A stretch of 64,000 nucleotides of DNA from a virus, in the IMG/VR virus record IMGVR_UViG_3300025446_000004, positions 25,757-89,756 of that record; one strand, given 5' to 3'. This document shows positions 33,079 through 41,874 of this stretch, piece after piece. The notes beneath the pieces were generated by a model. It had not been told where the DNA came from. It saw only the letters and a list, made by a program, of their open reading frames with translations, and did no database searches. The position numbers and the translations under genes are program-made. The number at the start of each line of letters is the position of its first letter. Positions within the stretch are counted from its first letter, which is position 1.

Positions 33079-34260
33079 TTGCACCTATATTCTTATCTGG
33101 ATATTGCCAAACTGGAACGGCACATTAAAGACGGCCTGGTGACAGTGAATCACCACAAGACACTACCTCTCCGTCAATTCACATACACCCGTGCAACAAT
33201 TTTAGAAAACAAGTGGGACGATGTGACCACTAAGTGCCGTGGTCTGATTGTTGGGCCGAATCAAAAAATCATTGCACGTCCATTTGAGAAGTTTTTCAAT
33301 TTCCAGACAAGTTATCGACCTGAGACGCATCTTGCCAATATGCCAAAAACACTACCCATTGTTACAGAAAAAATCGATGGTAGTCTTGGCATATTATATC
33401 ATTTTCCAGAGACATTTTATTGGAAGATAGAGAATGGAAAAGAGCCAACAAAAATTGGCGATAATTATACAGGCATTGCTACCAAAGGATCATTTCATTC
33501 TGACCATGCGGTATGGGCAACTCTTCATTACTTGAGCCAATATAAATATGCAAAATGGCCCGTAGGATACACACCACTTTTTGAGATTATCAACGAACAG
33601 ATACAGCACCACATTATCCACTATGGTTGTCCCGGTAAGCTCGTGTTGATTGGATTGGTTAACAACGAAACCGGGGAAGAGGCTGACTACAACACGTGCT
33701 ATTTTTGGGCCAAGCGCAACGGCATGGAGCTTGTAGATATTTATGGAAAAACTGTGGAAGAGGTTTGTACAGAAGATCGAATCAACCATGAAGGCTATGT
33801 TTTGACATGGACGAGAACCGGCGAGTCACCACTTAAACTCAAGGTCAAGCATGAGAATTTTTTAGCTATGCAAGCAATCGTTCACAATGCTACTCCCAAG
33901 GCTATTCTAGCGGCCCTTGAGGATGAGAGATACGAACAGATCAAAGAGTGGACCACAACAGTAACGGGACCAGTGACGAATTGGATTCAAGGTTGGGTAA
34001 CCCGGCTGACAGAAGCATTCAATACAACTTACGCCAAAGCGTATCATCTGTATTTAGACACAGGGTACGTAGCACGAATTCGTAAAGAGTTTGCTGAAAT
34101 CGTGATCGGAAAAGCGCCAGAATTGGCAAACATTTGTTTTGCCCTTCTTGACCGAAAAAAGTATAAAACAGCAGTCTGGAAAGTTGTCAAAGAACAGTTT
34201 AAAAACCAACTGGCGCAGCCATTCACCACGAGTACAGAAGTAGACGAGGAGTTGGAATAG
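33079..34260 (+). CDS. T4 Rnl1 (RnlA)-family RNA ligase
   Basis: CRGL, RPFEKFFN, EKIDGS, FEII, EGYV, KVK. Confidence 0.92.
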   Translation: MHLYSYLDIAKLERHIKDGLVTVNHHKTLPLRQFTYTRATILENKWDDVTTKCRGLIVGPNQKIIARPFEKFFNFQTSYRPETHLANMPKTLPIVTEKIDGSLGILYHFPETFYWKIENGKEPTKIGDNYTGIATKGSFHSDHAVWATLHYLSQYKYAKWPVGYTPLFEIINEQIQHHIIHYGCPGKLVLIGLVNNETGEEADYNTCYFWAKRNGMELVDIYGKTVEEVCTEDRINHEGYVLTWTRTGESPLKLKVKHENFLAMQAIVHNATPKAILAALEDERYEQIKEWTTTVTGPVTNWIQGWVTRLTEAFNTTYAKAYHLYLDTGYVARIRKEFAEIVIGKAPELANICFALLDRKKYKTAVWKVVKEQFKNQLAQPFTTSTEVDEELE

Positions 34261-34668
34261 ATGCTAAAAGTTTATTTGGCAGCGCGGTATGACCGTAAAG
34301 AGGAAATGAAGGCTTATCGTGAGATTTTACAACGTGACCACAATGTAAAGGTTACCTCAAACTGGCTCGATGAGCCAACTAGTCCAAGCAGCAACATGGG
34401 AGAAGAGACAGATATATTCTATACTATGACAGCCTGTAAAGACCTTATGGACGTTGATGCTGCTCATGTGGTGATCTTCTTTAGTGAAAACCCATTGCAA
34501 AGATGGAAGCGCGGTGGGCGACACGTTGAGTTTGGTTATGCACTGCGGGCTGACAAAACTATTTGGGTAGTAGGTCCAAAGGAAAATGTTTTCCACTATC
34601 GACCACGAGTGCATCATTTTGAAACTTTTGAAGAATTAGTAGAAAAAAAGTTATCGAGGAAGAAATAA
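34261..34668 (+). CDS. nucleoside 2-deoxyribosyltransferase-like protein
   Basis: KVYLAA...DLMDV...GRHVEFGYA. Confidence 0.8.
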   Translation: MLKVYLAARYDRKEEMKAYREILQRDHNVKVTSNWLDEPTSPSSNMGEETDIFYTMTACKDLMDVDAAHVVIFFSENPLQRWKRGGRHVEFGYALRADKTIWVVGPKENVFHYRPRVHHFETFEELVEKKLSRKK

Positions 34669-35375
34669 TGGACGAAATTGTTTTGGTAGGCGAGGCTGTA
34701 GCCGGTGAGTCAGCAGCGGCCCGAAAGAAACTTGAATCCCTGATTAACGCTGCAACTCAAAATCTGTTCGATATTGGCGAACAATTTTTTAAAGTAAAAG
34801 ACGGCAAGCTGTACCAGCCTGAGTTCAATACCTTTAGAGATTATATTCGCAGTTTGAAATTCAAGGAGAGCCGGGCACGGTATCTTGTGCGCATCTTTGA
34901 AGTTACCAAAGAACTTAAGATACCGAAATGCAAGTATGAACCCTTGGGTACTACGCGCATGAGGGAGATCACATCGCTGGACCCCAAGGGCGAATGGATC
35001 AATCCGGAGAACGGTGACAAGTACGCCATCAAGGACTTCATCTTGAAGTTTATTCAGGCCGGTGAAACCATTTCAATAGACGACTTGCGCCGTCACGTCC
35101 GAACACTTAAAGGTTTGATTGGCGAGAACGATTTGATGCATATAACGTTCACACTTAAGCGCATTGGGTATGAAAATAATCTTCGCCCGGCGCTTGAAAA
35201 AGTGAAGCTACTCATGGGCACGAAGCCCAAAGACGAAGAGGGCAATGCAGAGCTACCGAGTGATGGGGCTGCTCTTGAAATCATGGCAATTATCATCAAC
35301 GCTGACGAAACACTGACACTTGAAAAGTTTGAAACGTTACCGGACCCGGAGGAGAAAAATGAAGCGACTGTTTAA
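34668..35375 (+). CDS. hypothetical protein
   Basis: TAATG coupling; IG..F..VKDGKLY...FxTFxDY pattern. Confidence 0.7.
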   Translation: MDEIVLVGEAVAGESAAARKKLESLINAATQNLFDIGEQFFKVKDGKLYQPEFNTFRDYIRSLKFKESRARYLVRIFEVTKELKIPKCKYEPLGTTRMREITSLDPKGEWINPENGDKYAIKDFILKFIQAGETISIDDLRRHVRTLKGLIGENDLMHITFTLKRIGYENNLRPALEKVKLLMGTKPKDEEGNAELPSDGAALEIMAIIINADETLTLEKFETLPDPEEKNEATV

Positions 35376-35568
35376 AAATTTCATCAAAACCTTTATTGCC
35401 AAACATACCGGGTTCATTTATAATGGACCCGATGTTCACAACAACAAAGGGGGCTTTGGCTTTTTGTTCTATTCGGTTGATAGCCCATCGGTCTATGATC
35501 CTGCCCGTATAGCTAAAACGCTGGCATGGATTATTGTCGGGAGTCACGTCTACAAGTTTAGCAAGTAG
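35359..35568 (+). CDS. hypothetical protein
   Basis: GGAGGAG RBS. Confidence 0.5.
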   Translation: MKRLFKNFIKTFIAKHTGFIYNGPDVHNNKGGFGFLFYSVDSPSVYDPARIAKTLAWIIVGSHVYKFSK

Positions 35569-35574
35569 GGACAA

Positions 35575-35757
35575 ATGAGACACCAGCTTAATATATTGTT
35601 ATGGAAACTAGGCGGTGCGTTTGTTCCCTTCATGGCGTTGTTGGTGGTGCCTGTCTATGGAAGCATGATCCTGAATATAGGATTGATTGCTTCGGTAATC
35701 ATTTGGGCCAATACTGCCGGATATTTGGAGGGCAGAAATGCCGAAAAGAAAAATTGA
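35575..35757 (+). CDS. two-TM membrane protein
   Basis: Hydrophobic. Confidence 0.55.
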   Translation: MRHQLNILLWKLGGAFVPFMALLVVPVYGSMILNIGLIASVIIWANTAGYLEGRNAEKKN

Positions 35758-36025
35758 ACCATTGGGTTATCATCTTCTTGGAAACCTAGTCGATGCAAAT
35801 AATATCCGTATGGCTGTCCTTGAAGTTGAACCAGATTTGACCGATGTAATTCCACGTGTACCTGCAGCTGTACGCGATGATTTTGGCCGTGTAGGGGTTT
35901 TAATGAGCACTGCTCCAATTACTTATCGATGGGTTGGAAAAGTGACAAAAGCAAAAGCAATTGAGTGTTTTGCACCAAAGGGAAAAAAAGTTTCCGCTGC
36001 TGTTGCGAAAAAGAAAATGGCATAG
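35738..36025 (+). CDS. hypothetical protein
   Basis: GGAGG RBS. Confidence 0.55.
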   Translation: MPKRKIEPLGYHLLGNLVDANNIRMAVLEVEPDLTDVIPRVPAAVRDDFGRVGVLMSTAPITYRWVGKVTKAKAIECFAPKGKKVSAAVAKKKMA

Positions 36026-36041
36026 TGGACAGGAGGAACAA

Positions 36042-36188
36042 ATGCCGTTACTTAAAGGTAAGTCGCGTGGCGTAATGAGCCACAACTACAAGGTCGAGCG
36101 GGCCGCTGGCAAGCCAAAAAGGCAAGCCATTGCGATCATGCTTAACAAAGCTGGCGTCAAAAAGGCAAAGAAAAAGAAGAGGCGCTAA
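36042..36188 (+). CDS. small basic phage protein (MPLxKGKS...QAIAI type)
   Basis: AGGAGG RBS; MPLLKGKS...GKPKRQAIAI. Confidence 0.7.
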   Translation: MPLLKGKSRGVMSHNYKVERAAGKPKRQAIAIMLNKAGVKKAKKKKRR

Positions 36189-36652
36189 TGAATCCATGGT
36201 ACGGATTTGACCTAGATGGAACCCTTGCAACCTATGATGGATGGAAGGGTCCGCATCATATTGGAGAACCAATTCCGACTACAATTGCCCGACTTAAGGA
36301 ACGTCTTAGGTTAGGTCAGGAAGTCCGTATTTTTACGGCTCGCGTAGCACCGCCTGATCCAATACTATCTTCGGAACAGTTCGCTCGTCGTTCGGAAGAG
36401 GTAAAAATAGCGTACTATGAAATTAAAAAGTGGTGCCTCAAGTACATTGGAAAGGTGCTGCCAATTACTTACCAAAAGGACTTTGGCATGGTGAACCTTG
36501 AAGATGATCGCTGCACCCAACTTGAACCCAATACTGGCCGTTTAGCTACAGAGGTTTCCTATCTCAAGGGCTTCGGTGATGGTATGTTAGCAGCACAAAA
36601 TACGGAACAATTACACCATGACTTTGAAGAGGCAGTTAGGATTGCCGACTGA
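36188..36652 (+). CDS. HAD-family phosphatase (Pnkp 3'-phosphatase-like)
   Basis: FDLDGTL, FTAR, K...DD. Confidence 0.85.
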   Translation: MNPWYGFDLDGTLATYDGWKGPHHIGEPIPTTIARLKERLRLGQEVRIFTARVAPPDPILSSEQFARRSEEVKIAYYEIKKWCLKYIGKVLPITYQKDFGMVNLEDDRCTQLEPNTGRLATEVSYLKGFGDGMLAAQNTEQLHHDFEEAVRIAD

Positions 36653-36902
36653 GCTATCTACAGCATGTTTTAAACGGGATGGGTATCGTTGCCGACACTG
36701 TGGGGATTCAAATGGGCTGCATCCGCACCATGTGATCTATAGAAGTCATGGCGGTGCAGATGAACTAAACAACTTACTCACACTCTGTTGGAGTTGCCAC
36801 AGAGGTACTCACGATGGGAGCCTGAAAATTGAAGTTTTGTCTTTACTGGAAACTAATTTGGTAGTAAAATTCACACGGATTGGAAAATGGATACCAAAAT
36901 AA
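36618..36902 (+). CDS. HNH endonuclease
   Basis: RDGYRCRHCG...HHVIYRSHGG...NLLTLCWSCH. Confidence 0.9.
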   Translation: MTLKRQLGLPTELSTACFKRDGYRCRHCGDSNGLHPHHVIYRSHGGADELNNLLTLCWSCHRGTHDGSLKIEVLSLLETNLVVKFTRIGKWIPK

Positions 36903-37417
36903 AAACATGCACTAGGTGCAAAAATCTAAGAAATTTTCACAATTTTACAAGTATACCGGGAGCACTGCGAGGCGCTCAATTTGCAAGAACTGTTACAAAA
37001 AACTCAATAAATTGTGGAGAAAAAAGAATCGAAAACAAAGATTGCTGTATGACAGGCAATACAGACGAGCACACAGCAACCGGATAAATGAAACACGTCG
37101 TATACGAGATGCCAACAATCCAGCACAAAAAATGCTTATATGGGCTAAACGTAGGGCAAAAAAAAATTGGCGTTTCATTTTCTCTAACGAGTGGTGATAT
37201 TTTTATACCAAAAGTTTGCCCGGTCCTTGGTATACCTTTATTTGTTGGAAAAGGAAAGCAAGGTCCAAATTCTCCTAGTCTTGACCGTATTGATTCAAAA
37301 TTAGGATACATGTCGGATAACGTTATGGTAATATCGTATAAAGCAAACGCGATGAAGCAAAACGCTAGTAAAGAAGAGTTGCTTTTATTTGCTGATTGGG
37401 TATACCAGAATGTTTGA
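36887..37417 (+). pseudogene. HNH-like homing endonuclease with two homopolymer frameshifts
   Basis: KTCTRC | KKFSQFY..CKNC..AKRRAK | CPVLG..SPSLDRID..GY..DNVxVIS; shifts at A5 (36920) and A9 (37158). Confidence 0.75.
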
Positions 37418-39122
37418 GGATCGTCCATATCAAACAGAGGCAAAAGATGCCGTATACTCCGGTGTCAAGGCTGGTGTGTTTAAACAACTTGTCGAAATGG
37501 CTACCGGTACTGGCAAAACTATTGTATTTGCAAAGCTTTATGAACATTTAAAGCCGTTGCTTCCCGGTAAAATGTTGGTGTTGGCCCACCGAGAAGAGTT
37601 GATCGACCAGAACATTGAGAAACTAAGGCTAACCAACCCATCCCTCCGAGTAGACAAAGAGAAAGCAGAGCATCACGCAGACCCGGCCAACGCTGACATT
37701 GTAGTGGCTTCTGTGGCGACGTTAGGGCGTAAGGGTACCAAGAGGCTGGAATCCTACGACTGGTCGCAATTTGACAAGATTGTGGTCGATGAGGCTCATC
37801 ATTCTACAGCCCCTAGCTATACAAATATCCTTGAGGCGATTGGAGTCTTAGCGGACGACAATAAACGACTGCTTTTAGGGGTCACGGCAACTGGTCGAAG
37901 GGGCGACGGGCAACCTTTAGCGAAGGTTTACAAGAAGATAACCTATCACTATCCGCTACGGAAAGCCATTGAAGATGGTTGGCTAGTTGAACTTCGTGGA
38001 TATAAAGTTAGTACAACTGCTTCCTTAGATGGTATTAAGATTGTAGCCGGTGATTATGACCAAAGAGAACTGGCAAACACTGTTGACACCCCCGAACGCA
38101 ACCAGACAGTTTTAGATGCATGGCTTAAATATGGGGAAAATCGGCAGACCATAGGGTTTACGGTGAGTATAGAACATGCCAAGAATCTTGCGGCCATGTT
38201 CCAGCAACACAGCGTAAAAGCCGAGGCTATTTGGGGTGATGATCCTGACCGAGCTAAAAAATTAGAGCGCCATAAACGGGGCGACATTACCGTACTGTTC
38301 AATTGTGGTGTGCTGATCGAGGGCTATGATGACTGGCGGGTGTCCTGCATCGTTCTTGCGTGCCCAACTAAGTCCCCGGTGAAATTTATTCAGACCATAG
38401 GACGCGGCACACGACTAGAAGATGGTTGTGGCAATCTCAATAACATTATAGAGGAACCAGAGCATCCGTACAAGCGAGATTGTCTTGTTCTTGACGTTGT
38501 AGATAATGCCAAGCGTAATACACTGGTGACGCTCCCAACGTTGATGGGCATGAGCGCGGTGTTGGACCTTCACGGCAACGGGATTGTAGAATCAATTAAG
38601 AAGCTGGAAGAGGCACAAAAAGAACATCCCAACATCGATTTTAGTACGCTTGCGGATATTACCGAGCTACAAACACACATCAAAGCAATCAACTTGTTCG
38701 AGTACCACTTTGCTCCCGATGTGGAACAGAACAGTGAGCTTAGCTGGTTTGTATCGCCCACGGGTTCTTACGTTCTCCTGTTACCTAACAAAGATTATTT
38801 GGAGATTGAACAGAATCTACTTGACAAATGGGAACTTCATGGTACAATAAAAGGTAAAGTATATCACGGAGAACGGGACACCATCGAGGCAATGTTTATG
38901 GCCGCCGATGATTTGATCTTCAAGGCAATACCAGAAGTGTTAAAGATCATTCGCCGCAAAGAAAAATGGCATGATGATCCAGCAACCGATGAACAAATGG
39001 AACTTTTGAGAAAATTTTATAAGAAAGGCATCAAAGCCGGAACTGTAGTCATTCCGCCGAACTTGACAAAAGGCCAAGCAAGTAGGAAGATTACAGAGGC
39101 GATAGCATCCAAGAGAAAATAG
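37410..39122 (+). CDS. SF2 DExH helicase (Irc3/Res-subunit-like)
   Basis: RPYQ, ATGTGKT, DEAHH, TAT, EGYD, QxIGRGTR. Confidence 0.92.
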   Translation: MFEDRPYQTEAKDAVYSGVKAGVFKQLVEMATGTGKTIVFAKLYEHLKPLLPGKMLVLAHREELIDQNIEKLRLTNPSLRVDKEKAEHHADPANADIVVASVATLGRKGTKRLESYDWSQFDKIVVDEAHHSTAPSYTNILEAIGVLADDNKRLLLGVTATGRRGDGQPLAKVYKKITYHYPLRKAIEDGWLVELRGYKVSTTASLDGIKIVAGDYDQRELANTVDTPERNQTVLDAWLKYGENRQTIGFTVSIEHAKNLAAMFQQHSVKAEAIWGDDPDRAKKLERHKRGDITVLFNCGVLIEGYDDWRVSCIVLACPTKSPVKFIQTIGRGTRLEDGCGNLNNIIEEPEHPYKRDCLVLDVVDNAKRNTLVTLPTLMGMSAVLDLHGNGIVESIKKLEEAQKEHPNIDFSTLADITELQTHIKAINLFEYHFAPDVEQNSELSWFVSPTGSYVLLLPNKDYLEIEQNLLDKWELHGTIKGKVYHGERDTIEAMFMAADDLIFKAIPEVLKIIRRKEKWHDDPATDEQMELLRKFYKKGIKAGTVVIPPNLTKGQASRKITEAIASKRK

Positions 39123-39130
39123 GAGGAACA

Positions 39131-39409
39131 ATGGAAATCACCCTTGAAATACCAATCACACTGGAAAATGCAGCGCCATACAGTTTGAATGTAGGTGAGG
39201 GAATGCGCGTACCATTGAATGAAGAAAAAACAGATTTTGAGACGATTATTAGATTACATGAAGATGCGTTTCTAGTTATTAACACACTACTTAATACAAC
39301 ATTTATCCATTCCTGTGGTAGTAAAGCTCAATTTGTATATGACACAGATTTTGCCATGAAAACTGGTGAGAAACTTCCACCGGGAACCATCATTAAGTTT
39401 ACGCTATAG
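39131..39409 (+). CDS. hypothetical protein
   Basis: AGGAGG RBS. Confidence 0.6.
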   Translation: MEITLEIPITLENAAPYSLNVGEGMRVPLNEEKTDFETIIRLHEDAFLVINTLLNTTFIHSCGSKAQFVYDTDFAMKTGEKLPPGTIIKFTL

Positions 39410-39417
39410 GGGGAACT

Positions 39418-40650
39418 ATGGAGCCGAATAAAGCCAACCATCAAGCTAACATTGTGAAGATTGAAACGATTCTGCCGCACCCTGACCCTGAGACGGTCAA
39501 TCTGGAAATTATTCCAATAGGGGAATATCAGGTTGTAGTGCGTAAGGGCGAGTTCAAGGTTGGCGATTTAAGCGTTTACATCCAACCCGATAGTGTGGTT
39601 CCACAAACTGAGCCATTTCGCTTCATTTGGCAACCATATTTAGATTCCCTTGGCGCTGATCCTATGCCGAGTGATCCTAACATTATATGGAAAGATTTGG
39701 GTCCGGTACCCGTTCCAATAAAGAAACGCCGTATCACCGTCCGAAGATTCCGCAAAGAGTGGTCCGAAGGTCTACTTATGCCCCTTGCCGATGTAGTTTC
39801 CTTTCCGGTATACAATGGAGACGGAATTGGAATTAACGACCATATATATAAAGTAGGTGACGATGTATCAGACCTGTTAGGCATCACGCACTATGTCCCG
39901 GAAAGCGATGGAGAAGAAACCAAAGCCGACTGTGGGGCCGCACCAAAGCGCAAAATTCGTTATCCAAGGACTCTCAAGGGTTGGTTCAGGTTCATTTGGA
40001 GCCACATCACCTTCAACAAGCGTGGTTGTGAGCAAGCTATCATAGTAAACTTCACAATTCCGACCTACGATGTAGAGTCGCTAAAAAATTATCCACATGC
40101 TTTCACGGAGTATGAGCCAGTCTTTGTGACGGAAAAGATTCATGGAAGCAATAGCCGATTCGTCGCCATTGATGAAAAACTATATATTGGTTCACACTAT
40201 CAATGGAAACGTGCTGGTGGTTCCGATGTATGGAATAAAGTCATAAGACAGCACGAATGGATTAGTAAGTGGTGTTTCGCACACCCCGGTATGGCACTCT
40301 ATGGCGAGTCTGTTCCGACACAAGGAAAGTTCAATTACGGCTGCAAAAAAGACGAAACAAAGTTCTTCGTATTCGATGTGTGGGACTCTAACAAAAACGA
40401 ATGGGTTCACCATCTTGATTGGAACGGCATTAGGATTCCACAAGATTACATTGTTCCTGTTCTCTATGTTGGACCCTACGACCGGGAAACAATACAAAAG
40501 ATGGTAGACGGTCAATCAAGTGTGGTGGGGGCTAACCATTTACGCGAGGGTGTAGTTATCAAGACACATTCCCCGTATCGCCATATGCGCGGCATCGGGC
40601 GTCTACAACTCAAAGTGGTCTCCAATGCCTTCTTGAAAGCAGACAGCTAA
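39418..40650 (+). CDS. DRB0094-family (Rnl5-type) RNA ligase
   Basis: N-terminal OB domain (HP...VVxKGEFKVGD...YIQPDS, SEGL), TEKIHGSN, YGE, REGVV, LKxVS. Confidence 0.9.
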   Translation: MEPNKANHQANIVKIETILPHPDPETVNLEIIPIGEYQVVVRKGEFKVGDLSVYIQPDSVVPQTEPFRFIWQPYLDSLGADPMPSDPNIIWKDLGPVPVPIKKRRITVRRFRKEWSEGLLMPLADVVSFPVYNGDGIGINDHIYKVGDDVSDLLGITHYVPESDGEETKADCGAAPKRKIRYPRTLKGWFRFIWSHITFNKRGCEQAIIVNFTIPTYDVESLKNYPHAFTEYEPVFVTEKIHGSNSRFVAIDEKLYIGSHYQWKRAGGSDVWNKVIRQHEWISKWCFAHPGMALYGESVPTQGKFNYGCKKDETKFFVFDVWDSNKNEWVHHLDWNGIRIPQDYIVPVLYVGPYDRETIQKMVDGQSSVVGANHLREGVVIKTHSPYRHMRGIGRLQLKVVSNAFLKADS

Positions 40651-40651
40651 A

Positions 40652-40891
40652 ATGAGACAGTATAAAGTTTGTGTTGGCCTTCGTACCTTGTGGTTGTCCT
40701 ATGCGGCTACAAAGGGAATCCTAGAGGGATGGTTTAAGCAATTGGGCTGCATACATTACTGCAATCAAATATCTGATCCCAACGCATGTTGTCCCACCGC
40801 TCACGGTGCGTCGGAATCTGATTGTACCTGTACTTCACCAGATAAGTATTTTGTGAGCCGAGAGGTTGAAGATGGAAAAATTTCCGTATGA
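40652..40891 (+). CDS. small Cys-rich protein
   Basis: Contiguous; seven Cys. Confidence 0.45.
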   Translation: MRQYKVCVGLRTLWLSYAATKGILEGWFKQLGCIHYCNQISDPNACCPTAHGASESDCTCTSPDKYFVSREVEDGKISV

Positions 40892-40969
40892 AACATGCGC
40901 CCTCATCACTGTCATTATCTTCTTGTTTCTGTTCGTAATATATTTATCTTTTGGACTGCCGGTGCCGGG

Positions 40970-41584
40970 ATGAGAGAGTCAACCATTCCAAATGTCGAGT
41001 GCGAAGTTATAAAGGGACGCGCCAACAAAGAGCGTTGGGTACTCTTTGGAATCTGTGTCGCCAACAAACCGGCTAATAAAACTGCCGAAAAACTTGATGG
41101 TTTTTTAGATTGGTATCGATTTTCCAACGAGACACCTTTTCAAATCGTTGCACACAATATTGATTGTTCAGGATTCATGGCTACATTGCGATTGTTTAAG
41201 TTTGGTCAATATACGCGCATCGAGCGTGCATTCCGCGAGGTTACCAAACTCGATGTGGAAAAAGACCTTTCTGTGGAGAGACTAGAAAGCATACCCGGCA
41301 TCGGTCCCAAGACTGCTCGAATGCTTATGCTCTACATAGACCCTGATCTTAAAGTAGTTCCGCTTGACACTCACGTTCTTAAGTACCTGCGCTTAATGAA
41401 TGTGTCGGGCGTCCCAAAATCTACCCCACCGAAGGGCAAGACCTATAAACGACTAGAAGATATATTTATAGCAGAAGCCGTTGCTCAAGGTAAGTCGGTA
41501 CGCCAGTTGGACACCGAAGTGTGGCAAGCATACTCATCGGGCGATTTATCTAAACTGCCACAACCAATGAGGTTAATTAATTAA
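40970..41584 (+). CDS. HhH-GPD DNA glycosylase (OGG/EndoIII-like)
   Basis: LESIPGIGPKTA, LDTH, Y.RLE, LD.EVW. Confidence 0.85.
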   Translation: MRESTIPNVECEVIKGRANKERWVLFGICVANKPANKTAEKLDGFLDWYRFSNETPFQIVAHNIDCSGFMATLRLFKFGQYTRIERAFREVTKLDVEKDLSVERLESIPGIGPKTARMLMLYIDPDLKVVPLDTHVLKYLRLMNVSGVPKSTPPKGKTYKRLEDIFIAEAVAQGKSVRQLDTEVWQAYSSGDLSKLPQPMRLIN

Positions 41585-41587
41585 TTA

Positions 41588-41821
41588 ATGGATAACAATG
41601 GGTGGATTAATGTAAAAGACCGTCTACCGGAAATGAGCGGTTTTCAGGACGGCGGTACAGATAGGGTTCTAGTATATTTGAAACGAAACTATTCCCCTCG
41701 TCAAGCTGTTGCCTTTGGTGATTGGTCTGAAAATGGATTTACATGGTATTTCGACTATTCGCATATGCTTAAAGACTCTGAGGTAACACATTGGCAACCA
41801 TTACCTACCCCACCAAATTAA
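41588..41821 (+). CDS. DUF551 protein
   Basis: WINVKDRLPE...VTHWQPLP. Confidence 0.9.
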   Translation: MDNNGWINVKDRLPEMSGFQDGGTDRVLVYLKRNYSPRQAVAFGDWSENGFTWYFDYSHMLKDSEVTHWQPLPTPPN

Positions 41822-41834
41822 ATCGATTTACAAC

Positions 41835-41864
41835 TTGACAAAATAACCCATTCTGTGTTATAGT
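41835..41864 (+). promoter_or_regulatory. sigma70-type promoter
   Basis: TTGACA-18nt-TATAGT with TG. Confidence 0.7.
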
Positions 41865-41874
41865 AGGTATATAA

